Source of the DNA: Octopus bimaculoides
Taxonomy: Eukaryota
Assembly: GCF_001194135.2 (NCBI RefSeq)
Contig: NC_069010.1
Span: 9,010,585-9,074,584, forward strand
DNA length: 64,000 bases
Direction: 5' to 3'
The notes beneath the pieces were generated by a model. That model was not told where the DNA came from and ran no database searches. It saw nothing but the letters and a program-made list of their open reading frames with translations. Of the stretch, positions 39,838 to 53,138 are shown piece after piece. Position numbers and translations under genes: made by a program. Position 1 is the first letter of the stretch, and every line of letters begins with the position of its first letter.

Positions 39838-39942
39838 TTAACACATGCAGGATAGAAATATTGTCAGCATTCCCAAAACAATCAGGGGACGGACGGAGGT
39901 TAGTGGGGGGTCGTGACTTCTTTTCAACATCTCCAACATATG
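39838..39942 (-). CDS. Weak candidate alternative terminal exon of HIP1
   Basis: tctgtacag|HMLEMLKRSHDPPLTSVRPLIVLGMLTIFLSCMC*; phase 0; modest acceptor. Confidence 0.2.
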   Translation of the reverse strand, partial: HMLEMLKRSHDPPLTSVRPLIVLGMLTIFLSCMC

Positions 39943-40157
39943 CTGTACAGATATAAGGCTTTACACACACGTGTGTGTGTGTGTGTATACACATAGGTTT
40001 ATGGAGTGTGTATACGTATGCATATTTTACTGTGTACACACACACACATATCTGTAAGCCTGGTTGAGATGGGAGAAGGTAATGAAGTGCAAAAAAACAG
40101 AAGTCATGGAGGAGAAGGATGAAAGGGTCATGTGGCGAGGAATTTGGGAATTGGTAC

Positions 40158-40202
40158 CTGCTCTGTGTCAGACTGGTCTTGTTTCTCTATGACATCAAGT
40201 TC
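40158..40202 (-). CDS. Candidate 45-nt HIP1 exon (ELDVIEKQDQSDTEQ)
   Basis: ggtttattttgtgccag| ... CAG|gtacca; phase 0-0, in frame with the exon ending at 43435; acidic like the vertebrate HIP1 tail. Confidence 0.55.
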
Positions 40203-40899
40203 CTGGCACAAAATAAACCAACATTAATTGACAGTTAACAGAGAAAGTGCCTCATACCCCCAAACCTCCCTGAAACAAAACAAAACCTCAGAGATTAGAA
40301 AATTTAGGGAGAACACCAAATGTTAGGATGCTGTCCTTGTTTAATAGGAAATCACTTGACCTGTGACTCGGCACTGAAACTGGACCAATTACATCACCAT
40401 GACAACCATTTCTTTAAGCTGATCCACATCTTTTTCGTTTATTGCCTACCCTTTTGCCTGTCACGTGATACCCAGGACATATTTCCCTGGGGTCCATACA
40501 TCATATATGATGCACGTTCCAAATTTTTTTCAACCACCAATGTAGTTTAGGACTTATGAAAGGGAAGCTTCACATCAACTGAGAATGTTTGAAGACAACG
40601 GCTGAGTGAAAGTTCGAAGCACGAAAAAGGCTTAAGACAGGCAAAAGATTAAGGGATCACAATTTTGTAAACAATCAGTCCTTAGATTTCATATGGGGTC
40701 CAATAGGTTTGTCTTCTTGAAATTGAGGGTATAAGTTATGGGTGTAGTCACAGGTGTGTGGTTAGGAAGCTTACTTCACAACCATGTGGTTTGGGGTTCA
40801 ATACCATTGTGCAGCCCCACCACAGCTGCTTGCGCTACAGCCCTGGGCTGACCAGTGCCTTGCCTGAACTTGGAAACTGGAGGAATCACNNNNNNNNNN

Positions 40900-40933
<34 letters not shown>

Positions 40934-41408
40934 GTCCTGGTAGGGTATAAGGATAGGATATTTGCAATGCAGTACTTAACCTGAGTTAAAACTGCAAATC
41001 ACCATCGTCATCATTTAAGAGTCTTAAGAGTGTGAATTTGTCAAACAATGGTTTGTGACCGTTTCACAGTTTCATTTGGAAAATCTTTCTCCCTAAAGAA
41101 GTATTTGTTTCTTTCTGTTGTGGAATTGGAACAGGAATTTCTTTCTAACTTGTCCAAATACCATTACATATTTAGGAAGCAAAGGCCCGTTTTCAGAAGT
41201 GTACAGTCCCATCCAGCTACCCAAATGCCAGGAACTACAGGGACCACATTTCTTTGACTCTGCACTTCTGAAGATAGGTCTTTGTCCCCTAAATATAGAA
41301 ACGGTTTCACAACTTTCATCTCTTCATTGTTAGAAGCTTTCCTCATTTCCCTTTTCATTTCAGATTTTATTTCTGTACTACAATGCTTTAAGCCAACTAC
41401 AACACTCT

Positions 41409-41450
<42 letters not shown>

Positions 41451-41690
41451 AGAGAGAGAGAGAGAAAGACACACACACAAAGGCATTTCAAAAGTGACTA
41501 GTCACCTCTCATATCATTATTTTACCTGGGCAGACACTATTCTTCGTTATGAAACCCAAATTGATTTAAAATGTCTCCTAAATCTTAGATTAATTCATTA
41601 AACGAATCAAATGACATCAGTTTGTTTCCAGAAAGAAATCTTTCAAAAACGATGACATTGATACACTTTTGAAATGTTTGTATATATGTC

Positions 41691-41757
<67 letters not shown>

Positions 41758-42062
41758 GTATGACAACAAAAGAATGAAAGACACATCAATATTATGTAAA
41801 TAGAGGAATTTATCTGTAAATATAGTATGTGACAATTATTCGATTGCCCTGAAGTCATTCGAAACTCAGAGTTTTATGGCAACCAAATAATTGTCGCATA
41901 TCATATCATATTACAGACAGACATATATATATATATATATATATAGGAGAATATACAAATAATAACAACAGACGAGGACAGGTGGTGTAAATAACAAAAG
42001 TATATATTAGTATGACGCTCGGGAATACGGAAAGTCTTTGACGTTTCGAGCTACGCTCTTCA

Positions 42063-42102
<40 letters not shown>

Positions 42103-43139
42103 CAGGGTGTGTAAGGTATTTGAGGACATAGCTTTTTGGGGTCATTACTGCATTTTTTGCTAACTTTGTATAATCTTTGTTTCAGAATATAATAATGGCA
42201 GACCCTCAGCTTACTCAACAGACCATTGATTACAATCCCAAAAAGTCCATAAGGTCAGTTGCAAAAGATCTCCATTTGTCAGAAGGAACAGTCAGAAATG
42301 TTGTCCACAAAGACATCAGATATAAGTCTTAGATGATGAGGATATGTCAATTTGTCATAAAAAGCAAAAGAAAATCGCTACATCAGATCTAAAAAGCTCT
42401 TAAACAAACTGAAAACCCCAGCAGAAGAAGATTTGATTTGGTTTTTCTCAAACGAGTAAAACTTTGACCAAGATCAAAAAGTTAACAGAAGAAATGACAA
42501 ATGGTTATGGGCAGACCCTTCTGAAGTTCCAAGGGTTATGCATCCAAAATTTCCTGAAAACCATCATGGTTTTAGTTGTTGTCAGGAATGAAGGATATGT
42601 GATGCCTCCTTACTTCTTTCCATAAGGCTTCAGAGTTAACTCTGCCGCCTACATTGAGGTCCTGGAAACATTTGTTAAGCCCTGGATTAACATTGTATGC
42701 AATGGAAGACTCTGCACTATCGCACATGGCTCTAGTAACACAAGAATGGATGGCTGAAAATATTCATGATCACATAACCCCCTAACATTTGGCCTCTTAA
42801 TTCCCCAGATCTCAATCCATTGGACTATTTTACAAGTGGAGCATTGGTTGAGAGAGAGGTCAATGAACACGGCCATAACACCAAAGATTCTTTTAAAGCT
42901 GCCATAGTCCAGAGTAATGTCCAAAATGAACCAGGACCTCATGATTGGAGCATGGAGAGGATTTAGATCTCATATAGAAGCAGTTGTTGAAGCTGAAGGA
43001 GGCTTTGTTGAATGACATTATAGAAAAGAAGGGTTATTTTTATCCTCATAGCGTTTTCTGATAAATAAAGTTATTATCTGTTATAATATATCCGTTTTTT
43101 ATAAATATAAATCTGTCCTCAAATATCTTATGCAGCCTG
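42103..43139 (+). mobile_element. maT/DD37D-like Tc1-mariner element, inactivated, internally deleted
   Basis: TIRs CAGGGTGTGTAAGGTATTTGAGGACA / CAGGCTGCATAAGATATTTGAGGACA with TA flanks; KSIRSVAKDLHLSEGTVRNVV HTH, IWFFSNE, WPLNSPDLNPLDY. Confidence 0.88.
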
Positions 43140-43190
43140 TATGTGTGTAAAACAAAGTTATTCTATTCCACATGGGTAGAAATATAGGTA

Positions 43191-43353
43191 AAAATAGAAG
43201 TTGAAAATACAATGAGAATAGTTAAAATATTTTTTTATTATTAATATATTTAAAGCTTCAACCGGTTTCAGTTTCGACAGATTTTCAAAAAGTTCAAATC
43301 GAAAATCAATGCAATATTTTAACTATTCCCAATGCATTTTCAACTTCTATTTT
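43191..43353. repeat. Inverted repeat, 41-bp arms (43191-43231 / 43313-43353), 81-nt loop
   Basis: 38 of 41 positions complementary. Confidence 0.85.
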
Positions 43354-43434
43354 ATGTCAATCAGTGAGTCAGACACAAATAAACAGAACACATGGAATGG
43401 TAAGCAAAAGTGGAATTAAGAGTCAGCCCCTTAC

Positions 43435-43548
43435 CTCTTCAACATCCCAGCCTTCACTCTCACCAGCCAGCTGGTAATGGTGTTTGCGAATGTTGTTTAG
43501 TTTCTCATACTCATTCTTCAAGTCCTTCTCCATCTCAAGAATCAACAC
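43435..43548 (-). CDS. HIP1: HIP1 exon, end of I/LWEQ (THATCH) domain
   Basis: ttaacag|VLILEMEKDLKNEYEKLNNIRKHHYQLAGESEGWDVEE|gtaagg; read-through gives VRG-stop at 43423. Confidence 0.92.
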
Positions 43549-44902
43549 CTGTTAATTAAAACATTGCACTTTGATACAGGTACTAAATGTTGTGTCTATG
43601 TATGTATGTATGTGGATGTCTATGTGTGTATGTGGTCATGACCGATGCCAATGCCGTCTGATTAGCACGCAAAAAGCACCATTTGAGTATTGGGCCTCAT
43701 GGATGCAGTGACAGGTGACCAACACTCCTGGTGATACACCATGTTTGTGTTGACCTGTCAAGCCGAGTGAGACCACAGTTGTGGCCGATGCTGGTGTCAG
43801 GTCAATGGCACATCACAAGCACCCATGACACTCTCGCAGTGGATGATGTTCGGAAGGGCATCCAGCAGTAGAAATCTTGCCAAATCAGATTGGAACCTGG
43901 TGCAGCTCTCTGGTTAACCAGTTTTCAGTGAAATTGTCCAACATAGGTGTAGAGTTATATACACATGTGTATATGAATATATGTATGTATATGCATGGGT
44001 GTATCATCATCTTCGTTTAGCGTCCGCTTTCCATGCTAGTGTGTGTGTGTGTGTGTGTGCGTGTGCAAATATGTGTGCATATATATGTATGTATGTGCAT
44101 GAACAAATATGTGCATATATACACACACATACGTGGCTGTGTGGTAAGAAGTTTGTTTCCCAACCACATGGTTCTAGGTTCAGTCCCACAGTATGGTACC
44201 ATAGGTAAGTGTCTTCTATGCACTGATCAAAACCTTGAGACATTGTGAGTGGATTTGGTCGATGGAAACTGTAAGAAGCTCGTCATGTACATATGTGTGT
44301 TAATGTCTACCTGTCCCCTACTCCTGGTTGACAACTGGTGTTGGTGTGTTTACATCCCTGTAACTTAGTGGTTTGGCAAAACAGATTGATAGATTAAGAA
44401 CCAACATTTGAAGGATGTTTTTCACACATGGCATCAGCGATGACTGCAATTTCACACACACAACCATCGTCATTTAACGTTCCCCTTTCCATGCTGACTG
44501 CGGCTGGCTGGGCAGAAGACTGCACCGTGCTCTGCTGTTTGTTGTGGCATGTCTTGTACAGGTGGATGCTCTCTCTGCAGAGTGGACCAAGTGCTTTTTA
44601 TGTGGCACCAGCTCTGGCAAGGTCAGCAAGTAACTTGCAAGAGAATGTGGCATTGAAGATGATCTTGTGCCAGATGACGATATGCCAGAGTGTGACATGA
44701 GAGTAGGGTGTGATTTGAGGGAGATTTGGCTGCTGTTTCTACAATGCCTAGCTACCATGTAGAGCTCTCCCTCATTGGCTCATACATACATAAGACTGTA
44801 GGGTGTGATTTGAGGGAGATTTGGCTGCTGTTTCTACCATGGAGAAGCTCTCTTGTTGATTTATTGTGGAAAGCAATTCCTCGGGGGTGGTCATTTACTC
44901 AC

Positions 44903-44964
44903 CTTTATCTGCATTTCCTGCTTTTTGGTCTGATGTAAGTTTAGACTGGAAAAGTCCATTAAAC
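44903..44964 (-). CDS. HIP1: HIP1 exon
   Basis: ctccccag|(S)LMDFSSLNLHQTKKQEMQIK|gtgagt; phase 1 to 0; matches the MDFS..L.Q.K.QEM motif. Confidence 0.93.
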
Positions 44965-45804
44965 CTGGGGAGAAGAAGTGATTAGAATGATTCCTTTTCT
45001 TGCCACCAGAGGGACACAGAGGGGACATTACAAGTTGAGAGATGGAGAACAGATTAGGGGACTTTATCAAGATAGATTGATACAAAGGGAACAGAAGGGA
45101 CAGGTGGAGCAGAATTAACAAAATTTATTGAAACTTTTAAAGGTTTAAAGGAAGGCCAATAAGATTTTGGTGAGGGAGAGACAGAATGCCTAGGGTTAAA
45201 GAAAGATTGATGATGAAGGAAAAAATCAAAATACAAAAACAAACAAAACAAAAAACAAGAACAAAGAGCAGCAGGCAATCCCATGGTTTTTAGGTTCAGT
45301 CCCACTGCATGGCACACACACACACACAAGGTAAGCTAGCAGAATCGTTAGCATGTTGGACAAAATGCTTAGAGGTATTTCTTCTCTTTATTTTGAGAGT
45401 TCAAATCTTACTGAGGTCATCTTTTGCCTTTCATCTTTTCAGGGGTCATTCAAATAAAGAATCAGTCAAGTGTAGGGGTTCATGGAATCCCCTCAACAGA
45501 CATTCCCCCATTCAGAGAGTGTTGCTATCTTGGTCACTTATACGTCACGGAAACCAGGTAAATGGCCTTATTGGTCAAAACGAACGAGAAAATATATCTG
45601 TGTGTGAGTGTAACTTAGCAGTATGGCAAAAGAGACCAATATAATAAGTACTAGACTTTACAGAAAAAACAAACAAACAAGTACTGGGGTCAATTCATTC
45701 AACTGAAACCCTACAAGCCAGTGCCCCAGCATGGCCATAGCAAAAGATAAAGAAAAATCAAAAGAATGAAAGAAAATCTTGTTCGACAAGATAAAAAGTC
45801 TTAC

Positions 45805-46034
45805 TTCGTTCTTCGATAGCGTTTGCCCCTGTTTTAGCTGAACCAATCACTTTTCCGGCCGCTTGGTTGACCTTCTTTGAGGCATCGGTCAGTTCTGAGA
45901 GATGTTTGCTGTTGCGGTCAGCTTTGACCTTCGAAGCAACCACCAACTGGATTGTACTGGCAGCAATCTCTTTGGAATACACAATTAGTTCCTCAAATTT
46001 ACCTTCACCCTGGACAACTTTATCAGCAGCCTCC
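45805..46034 (-). CDS. HIP1: HIP1 exon (I/LWEQ core)
   Basis: EAADKVVQGEGKFEELIVYSKEIAASTIQLVVASKVKADRNSKHLSELTDASKKVNQAAGKVIGSAKTGANAIEER; phase 2 to 1. Confidence 0.96.
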
Positions 46035-46245
46035 CTGGAACAACAAATACACAGACAATTATGCATGTGTGTGAGTGTACATATGTGTATATATCATTAT
46101 TATTATTACTATTAATATTAATCCATTTATTATTTCGTTCTTTCGCATGAGCCTGATGCCCAAACCCCTGAACCATGTGGTTAGCCGCATATATATGTAT
46201 ATATATACATATATATGTGTATGTGTGGTGTGTGTGTATACTTAC

Positions 46246-46346
46246 ATGGTGGCAGTAGCTCCCCATCCGACAGCCTTGGCAGCTGAGAGGAGTCCCTCAG
46301 TCCAGCGATGGTGTTTGTTGTAAAACTCTTTGGCTGATGAGGCACC
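46246..46346 (-). CDS. HIP1: HIP1 exon
   Basis: ctatttcag|GASSAKEFYNKHHRWTEGLLSAAKAVGWGATAT|gtaagt; phase 0 to 2. Confidence 0.96.
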
Positions 46347-47136
46347 CTGAAATAGAGAGGTTACGGTTAGGGTCAGGGATAAGGTAGTAGTTTATGTAGA
46401 GAGGGACGAGGAAGGAAAGAGAGTGGGAGGTGGTATAGTGAGAGAGAGAATAGAAGGGAAAGAAAAGAGAGGTAATAAGAGAAGGAAGTGGAAGAGCAAA
46501 TGTGAAGGGGGGGGGGGAGAAAGAAAAACAGATTTAACTTCAATCCCCTGTCTCACCACTATTCTACAAATTGTGGGGCCATGTTGTCTTCCTTTATATT
46601 TTGAATTCAGTAAGTCCCTGGGGTCAATGTCATCAACCAAAATGTCTCCCACAAAATTTCACACTTTGGGACAATAATAAATAGAATTATTATTATTATT
46701 ATTTTTACTATTATTGCCATGTTCTGAGTTCAAATTCTGCCAAGGTTACTTTGCCTTTCATCCTTTCAGGGTTGATAAATTAAGTACCAGTGAAACATTG
46801 GGGTCACCTACTCCAAACTTTCAGGCCTTGTGTCTTTAGTAGAAAGGATTNNNNNNNNNNNNNNNNNNNNNNNNNNNNNNNNNNNNNNNNNNNNNNNNNN
46901 NNNNNNNNNNNNNNNNNNNNNNNNNNNNNNNNNNNNNNNNNNNNNNNNNNNNNNNNNNNNNNNNNNNNNNNNNNNNNNNNNNNNNNNNNNNNNNNNNNNN
47001 NNNNNNNNNCAACTTCTGTTTTACCCTTCAAATTGCTGACCAGGAAACAAAATTGGAAAGAATTATTATTATTTTTTTTTTGACATTTGGCTAAGAAAAG
47101 CGACCCCAGTTAAAGAAAAAGAAACATGTAACTTAC

Positions 47137-47199
47137 CCGTCCTTGGGCAACGATTTCTTTTTGTAAATCTCGAGATTTCTCAACAAGCACTTTTATAGC
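47137..47199 (-). CDS. HIP1: HIP1 exon
   Basis: ttttccag|AIKVLVEKSRDLQKEIVAQGR|gtaagt; phase 0-0. Confidence 0.95.
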
Positions 47200-47419
47200 C
47201 TGGAAAATAAATAAACAAACAAATAATAACAACAACAAGAGCACCCAGAGAGGGCAAACCTCCCCCAGGGCAACACCAACGTCCTCTCAACAATTAGTCA
47301 GAGATGATTTTTTAAATGAGAATATCTGAAATAAATTTGACTGCTCTCACAAAGGAGAATACTAAAAATGAACCCAACCACTCTCAAAAATTAAGTAAAA
47401 AACAACCAGAAAGATAATC

Positions 47420-48075
47420 CAGGAAGAGGTGGACCCAGGAAGACCTGGGATGAGGTGCTGAAGCACAACCGTCATACATTAGGCCTCACCGAGGCAATGA
47501 TTAGTGACCGAGACCTTTGGAAATATGCTGTGCGTGAGAAGACCCAGCAAGACAAGTGAGACCATAACCCATGGCCTTTGCCAGGGGTGTAACCAGCCCA
47601 CTTATGCGTACCTTTCCTTCATTGGACACTAAACTCTGCTTGTGAAGACCTGTTGGGGCAAGTGAAATCGAAATTGAACCAAATACGACGAATGGCACTG
47701 CTAACAACACCATCCGAGCATGACCATTGCCAGAACAGCTGCCTGGCTCCCATGCCGGCGGCACGTTAAAAAACACCATTTGAGCAGGATCGTTACCAGC
47801 ATTGCCTCACTGCTGACTGACTCCTGTGCAAGTGGCACATAAAAAACACCATTTTGAGTGTGGCCGTTGCCAGTACCGCCTGACTGGCCCTTGTGCCGGT
47901 GGCATGTAAAAGCACCCACTGCACTCTCAGAGTGGTTGGCGTTAGGAAGGGCATCCAGCTGTAGAAACTCTGCCAGATCAGATTGGAGCCTGGTGTAGCC
48001 ATCTGGTTCACCAGTCATCAGTCAAACCGTCCAACCCATGCTAGCATGGAAAGCGGACGTTAAACGCCGATGATG
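47420..48075 (+). mobile_element. RTE LINE 3' end (ORF tail, 3'UTR and (GAT)n tail)
   Basis: RGGPRKTWDEV..DRDLWKYAV followed by 3'UTR ending ccaacccatgctagcatggaaagcggacgttaaacg...gatgatgat. Confidence 0.85.
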
Positions 48076-48110
<35 letters not shown>

Positions 48111-48369
48111 CACATCTATATTTAATATATATATATAAAAGGTATGAATTTTTGCATAATCATTCATGATGGATCTTCCAAAAGAGAGACAAAAGCACAA
48201 AATAAATCGTTTTTATCCACAAATGCTGACTACTTCCTTTTCCTAACACAGTCTGTGCACCCCTTCAAAAAATCTACACACATGCAAAGATGGGTGTGTA
48301 TAGACTTCAACAAAGATCGAAACACTAATGATAACAACAACAGTAAAGGCAGCTGAATGCCTTCCTCAC

Positions 48370-48459
48370 CTGCATCAGGCCTGTGCATGCATCAAGAATA
48401 CTTTCGTTGACCTCCAGATTTAAACCAGTTGAGTCTTCCTGCGTTTTCTTCAACATTTC
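48370..48459 (-). CDS. HIP1: HIP1 exon
   Basis: cttttgtag|EMLKKTQEDSTGLNLEVNESILDACTGLMQ|gtgagg; phase 0-0. Confidence 0.95.
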
Positions 48460-48639
48460 CTACAAAAGACGTCAATGGACACAGTTTACTATGAGCCAAT
48501 GAGGGAGACCTCTGTATGGTAGCTAGACCTGATAGAAATAGCAGCCAAATCTCCCTCAAATCACACCCTACTCTCTTATGTACGGACAAGAAGGAGCCAG
48601 AACAACTCAAGTTATAAACTCATAGCCTTAACATAGATT

Positions 48640-49510
48640 TAAAATAACTAAATGATTTAAAATAAATAAATGATTTAACATAAATAAATGATTTAAATTA
48701 AATAATTTAAAATAAATAAATGATTTAAAATAAATAAATGATTTAAAATAAATTAAATGATTTAAAATAAATTAAATGATTTGAAATAAATTAAATGATT
48801 TAAAATAAATAAATGATTTAAAATAAATAAATGATTTAAAATAAATTAAATGATTTAAAATAAATTAAATGATTTAAAATAAATTAAATGATTTGAAATA
48901 AATTAAATGATTTAAAATAAATAAANNNNNNNNNNNNNNNNNNNNNNNNNNNNNNNNNNNNNNNNNNNNNNNNNNNNNNNNNNNNNNNNNNNNNNNNNNN
49001 NNNNNNNNNNNNNNNNNNNNNNNNNNNNNNNNNNNNNNNNNNNNNNNNNNNNNNNNNNNNNNNNNNNNNNNNNNNNNNNNNNNNNNNNNNNNNNNNNNNN
49101 NNNNNNNNNNNNNNNNNNNNNNNNNNNNNNNNNNNNNNNNNNNNNNNNNNNNNNNNNNNNNNNNNNNNNNNNNNNNNNNNNNNNNNNNNNNNNNNNNNNN
49201 NNNNNNNNNNNNNNNNNNNNNNNNNNNNNNNNNNNNNNNNNNNNNNNNNNNNNNNNNNNNNNNNNNNNNNNNNNNNNNNNNNNNNNNNNNNNNNNNNNNN
49301 NNNNNNNNNNNNNNNNNNNNNNNNNNNNNNNNNNNNNNNNNNNNNNNNNNNNNNNNNNNNNNNNNNNNNNNNNNNNNNNNNNNNNNNNNNNNNNNNNNNN
49401 NNNNNNNNNNNNNNNNNNNNNNNNNNNNNNNNNNNNNNAATAATTTAAAATAAATAAATGATTTAAAATAAATAAATGATTTAAAATAAATTAAATGATT
49501 TAAAATAAAT
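48640..49510. repeat. AT-rich 18/19-bp minisatellite spanning a gap
   Basis: Units TAAAATAAATAAATGATT and TAAAATAAATTAAATGATT on both sides of the N-run. Confidence 0.95.
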
Positions 49511-50058
49511 ATTTTAATTGTTTTTCCTTAGACTCTTGGCAAAGACACTCTGTGTCTGGCCTTGTCACAAACACACTCTTTCTTTCTTTCTCTCTCCTTC
49601 ACGTGCGTTCGGCACAGCTATGACTTCGCCATGGCAACAGACTTCAAAACTGGTAAAAGTTTCCAGCTATACGTGGGTGCCTCAGAGACAAAAAATTTGA
49701 CCAAAATGCTGGGTTATAACGAATCTCCTCCTAAAATTGGAGCGACATGTGTGCTAATTTGTAGACGTGCATAAAGTCCATTCACGTATACACACACATC
49801 TCCACTATTATAGATATGATTATAAGAAGATATATGTACCACATGACATCAAGGCAAGCAGACAACAACACACACTTACACATACATGAAGAGCTTCTTT
49901 CAGTTTCCATCCATCAAATCCATTCTCAAGCCTGAGGCTATAGTAGATGACACTTGCCAAGGTGCCACAGTGGGACTGAACCCAGAACCATGTGAGTGGA
50001 AAGGGAAGCATATTTCCTACGGCACAGTCACACCTGGTAAACAAAAGCAGCAACCTAC

Positions 50059-50240
50059 CTCAATTTTACTGGCTGCAAGATCGATGGCGCTTGTAGTGAG
50101 TTGCATCTCTGATTCAACCATGTCTCCAATCTCCTTGTCTTTCACATCGGCAATCTTTGGCAACAGCGTCTCAGCACAAGACTGCATCTTCTTGACATTT
50201 TCTAAGACTACATCAAACTGCGCCAACACAGAGTTCTCAT
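50059..50240 (-). CDS. HIP1: HIP1 exon
   Basis: cttgttgcag|(D)ENSVLAQFDVVLENVKKMQSCAETLLPKIADVKDKEIGDMVESEMQLTTSAIDLAASKIE|gtaggt; phase 1 to 0. Confidence 0.95.
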
Positions 50241-51844
50241 CTGCAACAAGCACACAAAATGGATATAATTTAATGCGTGGTGGCCTTGGGGGGAGAGCAA
50301 AAACATGTATTGAGACAAATTTCCTGACCAGGAGTTTGCATTGGGCAGAAGAAGGCACAGGTGGAAGACACCTTCGTCTACCTTGGCAGCTTGGTTCACT
50401 GCAAACAAGATAGGGTGAGGGAGCTTCATTGCAGAATGGGAAACATATCAGCAGAATTCAATTAGTTTAGTAAAACCCGGAAGAGCAAGAAATCTTCTCT
50501 GAAAGCCATATTGTGGTTCTGCAAATCTAACAAACTCTCTCCTCTTGCATATGGCTGTGAAACAAGGCAGCTGAAAAGCATCCCCAGAAAAAGAAACTGG
50601 ATGCATTTGGAAGTAAAGGCTTCTGGAAAATACTAAGCATCAAATATAAGGACTTTATCAGCATGTGATTGATGCCAGGACCGCCTGACTGGCCCCCCCC
50701 CCATGCTGGTGGCACGTTAAAAGGGGTCAATGCCAGTAGCCCCTGGCTAGCTCCCGTGCCAGAGGCATGTAAAAAGTACTATCGAAACGTGATCGATGCC
50801 GGGCCTGCCTGACAGGCTCCTGTGCCGGTGGCACATACAAAGTACCCACTACACTCTTGGAAAGGTAGATCAGATTGGTGCCTGGTGCAGCCATCCGGTT
50901 CACCAGACCTCAGTCAAACCGTCCAACCCATGCCAGCATGGAATATGGACATTAGACGATGATGATGATGATGATGAAGAGGTCACAAGAAGATCAGCCC
51001 AATGCCTAGCAACCATCACCATCTGCAAATACCAACAGAGTTGGCTGGAACATGTAAGATTTCCGACTATCAACACTCAATCCTTAAATAGAACCCTTAG
51101 AGGCAACAGTAGAGGGGACATCCTAAGAGGAACTGGCATCAAATGATGGACAGGGACCTTGCACTGAGGGAGGCTGTCGAATGACCCAGCTGGAGTACTT
51201 TGACTGCCTCATGGGCCACCCAATATGGGAGCATTGAAGTAAGTTCTAAAGGGGAGTAGTTGGAGGATAGAGTCCCATGGCTGGCAAGTGAAAAACAAAG
51301 AAAAAAGGAGGAGGGAGTGGTCCTTGAATCAAAAACTGTGGTCTTCCCAAGGGTCAAGGGGATGGTGTGAAACGTGACAATGAGAACAAATACAGTCTAT
51401 TCCATCAAACAGGGTTCCATACAGTTTCCTTCTCTCTCTAATATAAGATTTAGATTGACTAGAATGTACGACAGAAGCTGCTCAATCATTGAGACTGAAC
51501 CTGGGTCCCATTTAACACAGGGCTGAAGTGAAGGTCTTAACCACATGGCCAGGCACAGGAGTTTTTTTTTACAGGTGAATAATGTTAGTGTACAACATTA
51601 GTTTCAATCTTCTGATATATATAAGGGGAGGCAACATCAGATAGGCTTCAGCCATATTCTGACCTCCTCAGTGAACCACAGCCTTCACTGTGCTTCACAA
51701 TGTGTGAAAACTGCTAAATATTATACATTTGTGTGTGTGTGTGTGCACGTATGTTTGTAGTAGTAGTAGTAGTAGTAGTTCACATGTCTGTAGAAGCATA
51801 TTCAAACTTGATAAACTAAGTTTGTTTGATGAGTGTTGCTATTA

Positions 51845-51892
<48 letters not shown>

Positions 51893-52376
51893 ATATATAC
51901 ACACACACACACATACACACTGATGGAGTCACAAGCACTTTCGCAAACATATACACACAACAGAACTTCTGCCTACCAAATTCACTCGCAGGGCTTTGGG
52001 TGCCCAAGTCTACAGTTGAAGATAGTCACTCAAAGTGCTATGCAGTGAGACTGAACCTAGAACCATGTAATTGAGAATCAAGCTTCCTAACCATACAGCC
52101 ACATATGTGTGTGTGTACAGGCTTCCATACAGTTTCCATCTACCAAATTCACTCACAAGGCATTAGCCAGCCTAAGGCTATAGGGAGGAGACACTTGCCC
52201 AAGGTGTCATGCAGGGCGACTGAACCAGGAGCCATGTCGGTGCAGAGTAAGATTCTTAACCATAGAGCCATGCTGGTATTTATTGAAAAAAACCCAAATA
52301 AAAAATAACGACAGGATAGTCATGGCTGGAGAGGGGGAGAGAGAGGGAGCGGGTGGAAGGCAAAACGTTCACTTAC

Positions 52377-52442
52377 CTTTCTCTACTTGGGTTAAGGCTT
52401 TCATACTTTCTTCAATTGTGTTCTTACAAGTCATGTTTAATT
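52377..52442 (-). CDS. HIP1: HIP1 exon
   Basis: ctttcttcag|(E)LNMTCKNTIEESMKALTQVEK|gtaagt; phase 1-1. Confidence 0.9.
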
Positions 52443-53025
52443 CTGAAGAAAGAAACAAAATGAAAATACAAAATAGAAACAAACAAAAAATACACAAAAA
52501 CCAAATTCGTTTTCATTAAAAACTCATCCTTGCCCCCCCCCCTCTCTTCAACCATTCATCGCTCTTTCTTGCCTTCTCCTGCAAAAACCCCACCTAACAA
52601 CTCATTGTTTCTCTTTCACCATTCTCCTTGTCATCACCACTCTACTGCTCCCTTCCTACTATGACAAACCACCCTCACACCTCATTACCACTTCCCAGCA
52701 CCTCCCAATGATTCCTCGAGGGAGATTTGACTGCTATTTCTAGCAGGTCTCCCTCACAAACCTCTTCTGCCCCCGCCCCCAGGGCCTTTCTCTTTTCCCA
52801 TACTTCATCCCTCTCTACTCCTTCTTCTCCTAACATAGGTGCTCCACCTGCAAGCTGCATGGCAACTTCAGAAAGCACCCAAGTCACCCTGAAGTTGCAG
52901 AAACCCTGCCAAGTGCAGCACTGCACTTGGATGCAGTCCTTCATGCCATTGGATCTTGTCAAACTGTCCAACATGAAACATGGACACTAGATGATGATGA
53001 TGAAGACCACCACACAGCCGCTTAC

Positions 53026-53133
53026 CTTCACCAGCACTCAGCTGGGCCGAGTGAGACGTTGCTAAACCATACTGGACTGAGTCGGAAAGTCGGTGAGAAA
53101 AATCAACCATTGAAGTGATTAAGTCTTGAATAG
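53026..53133 (-). CDS. HIP1: HIP1 exon
   Basis: ctctcttgcag|(S)IQDLITSMVDFSHRLSDSVQYGLATSHSAQLSAGE|gtaagc; phase 1-1. Confidence 0.9.
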
Positions 53134-53138
53134 CTGCA

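Noticed and set aside
48640-48925. Regularly spaced repeats as a possible CRISPR array
   Set aside because: Head-to-tail units with no unique spacers, in a eukaryotic intron
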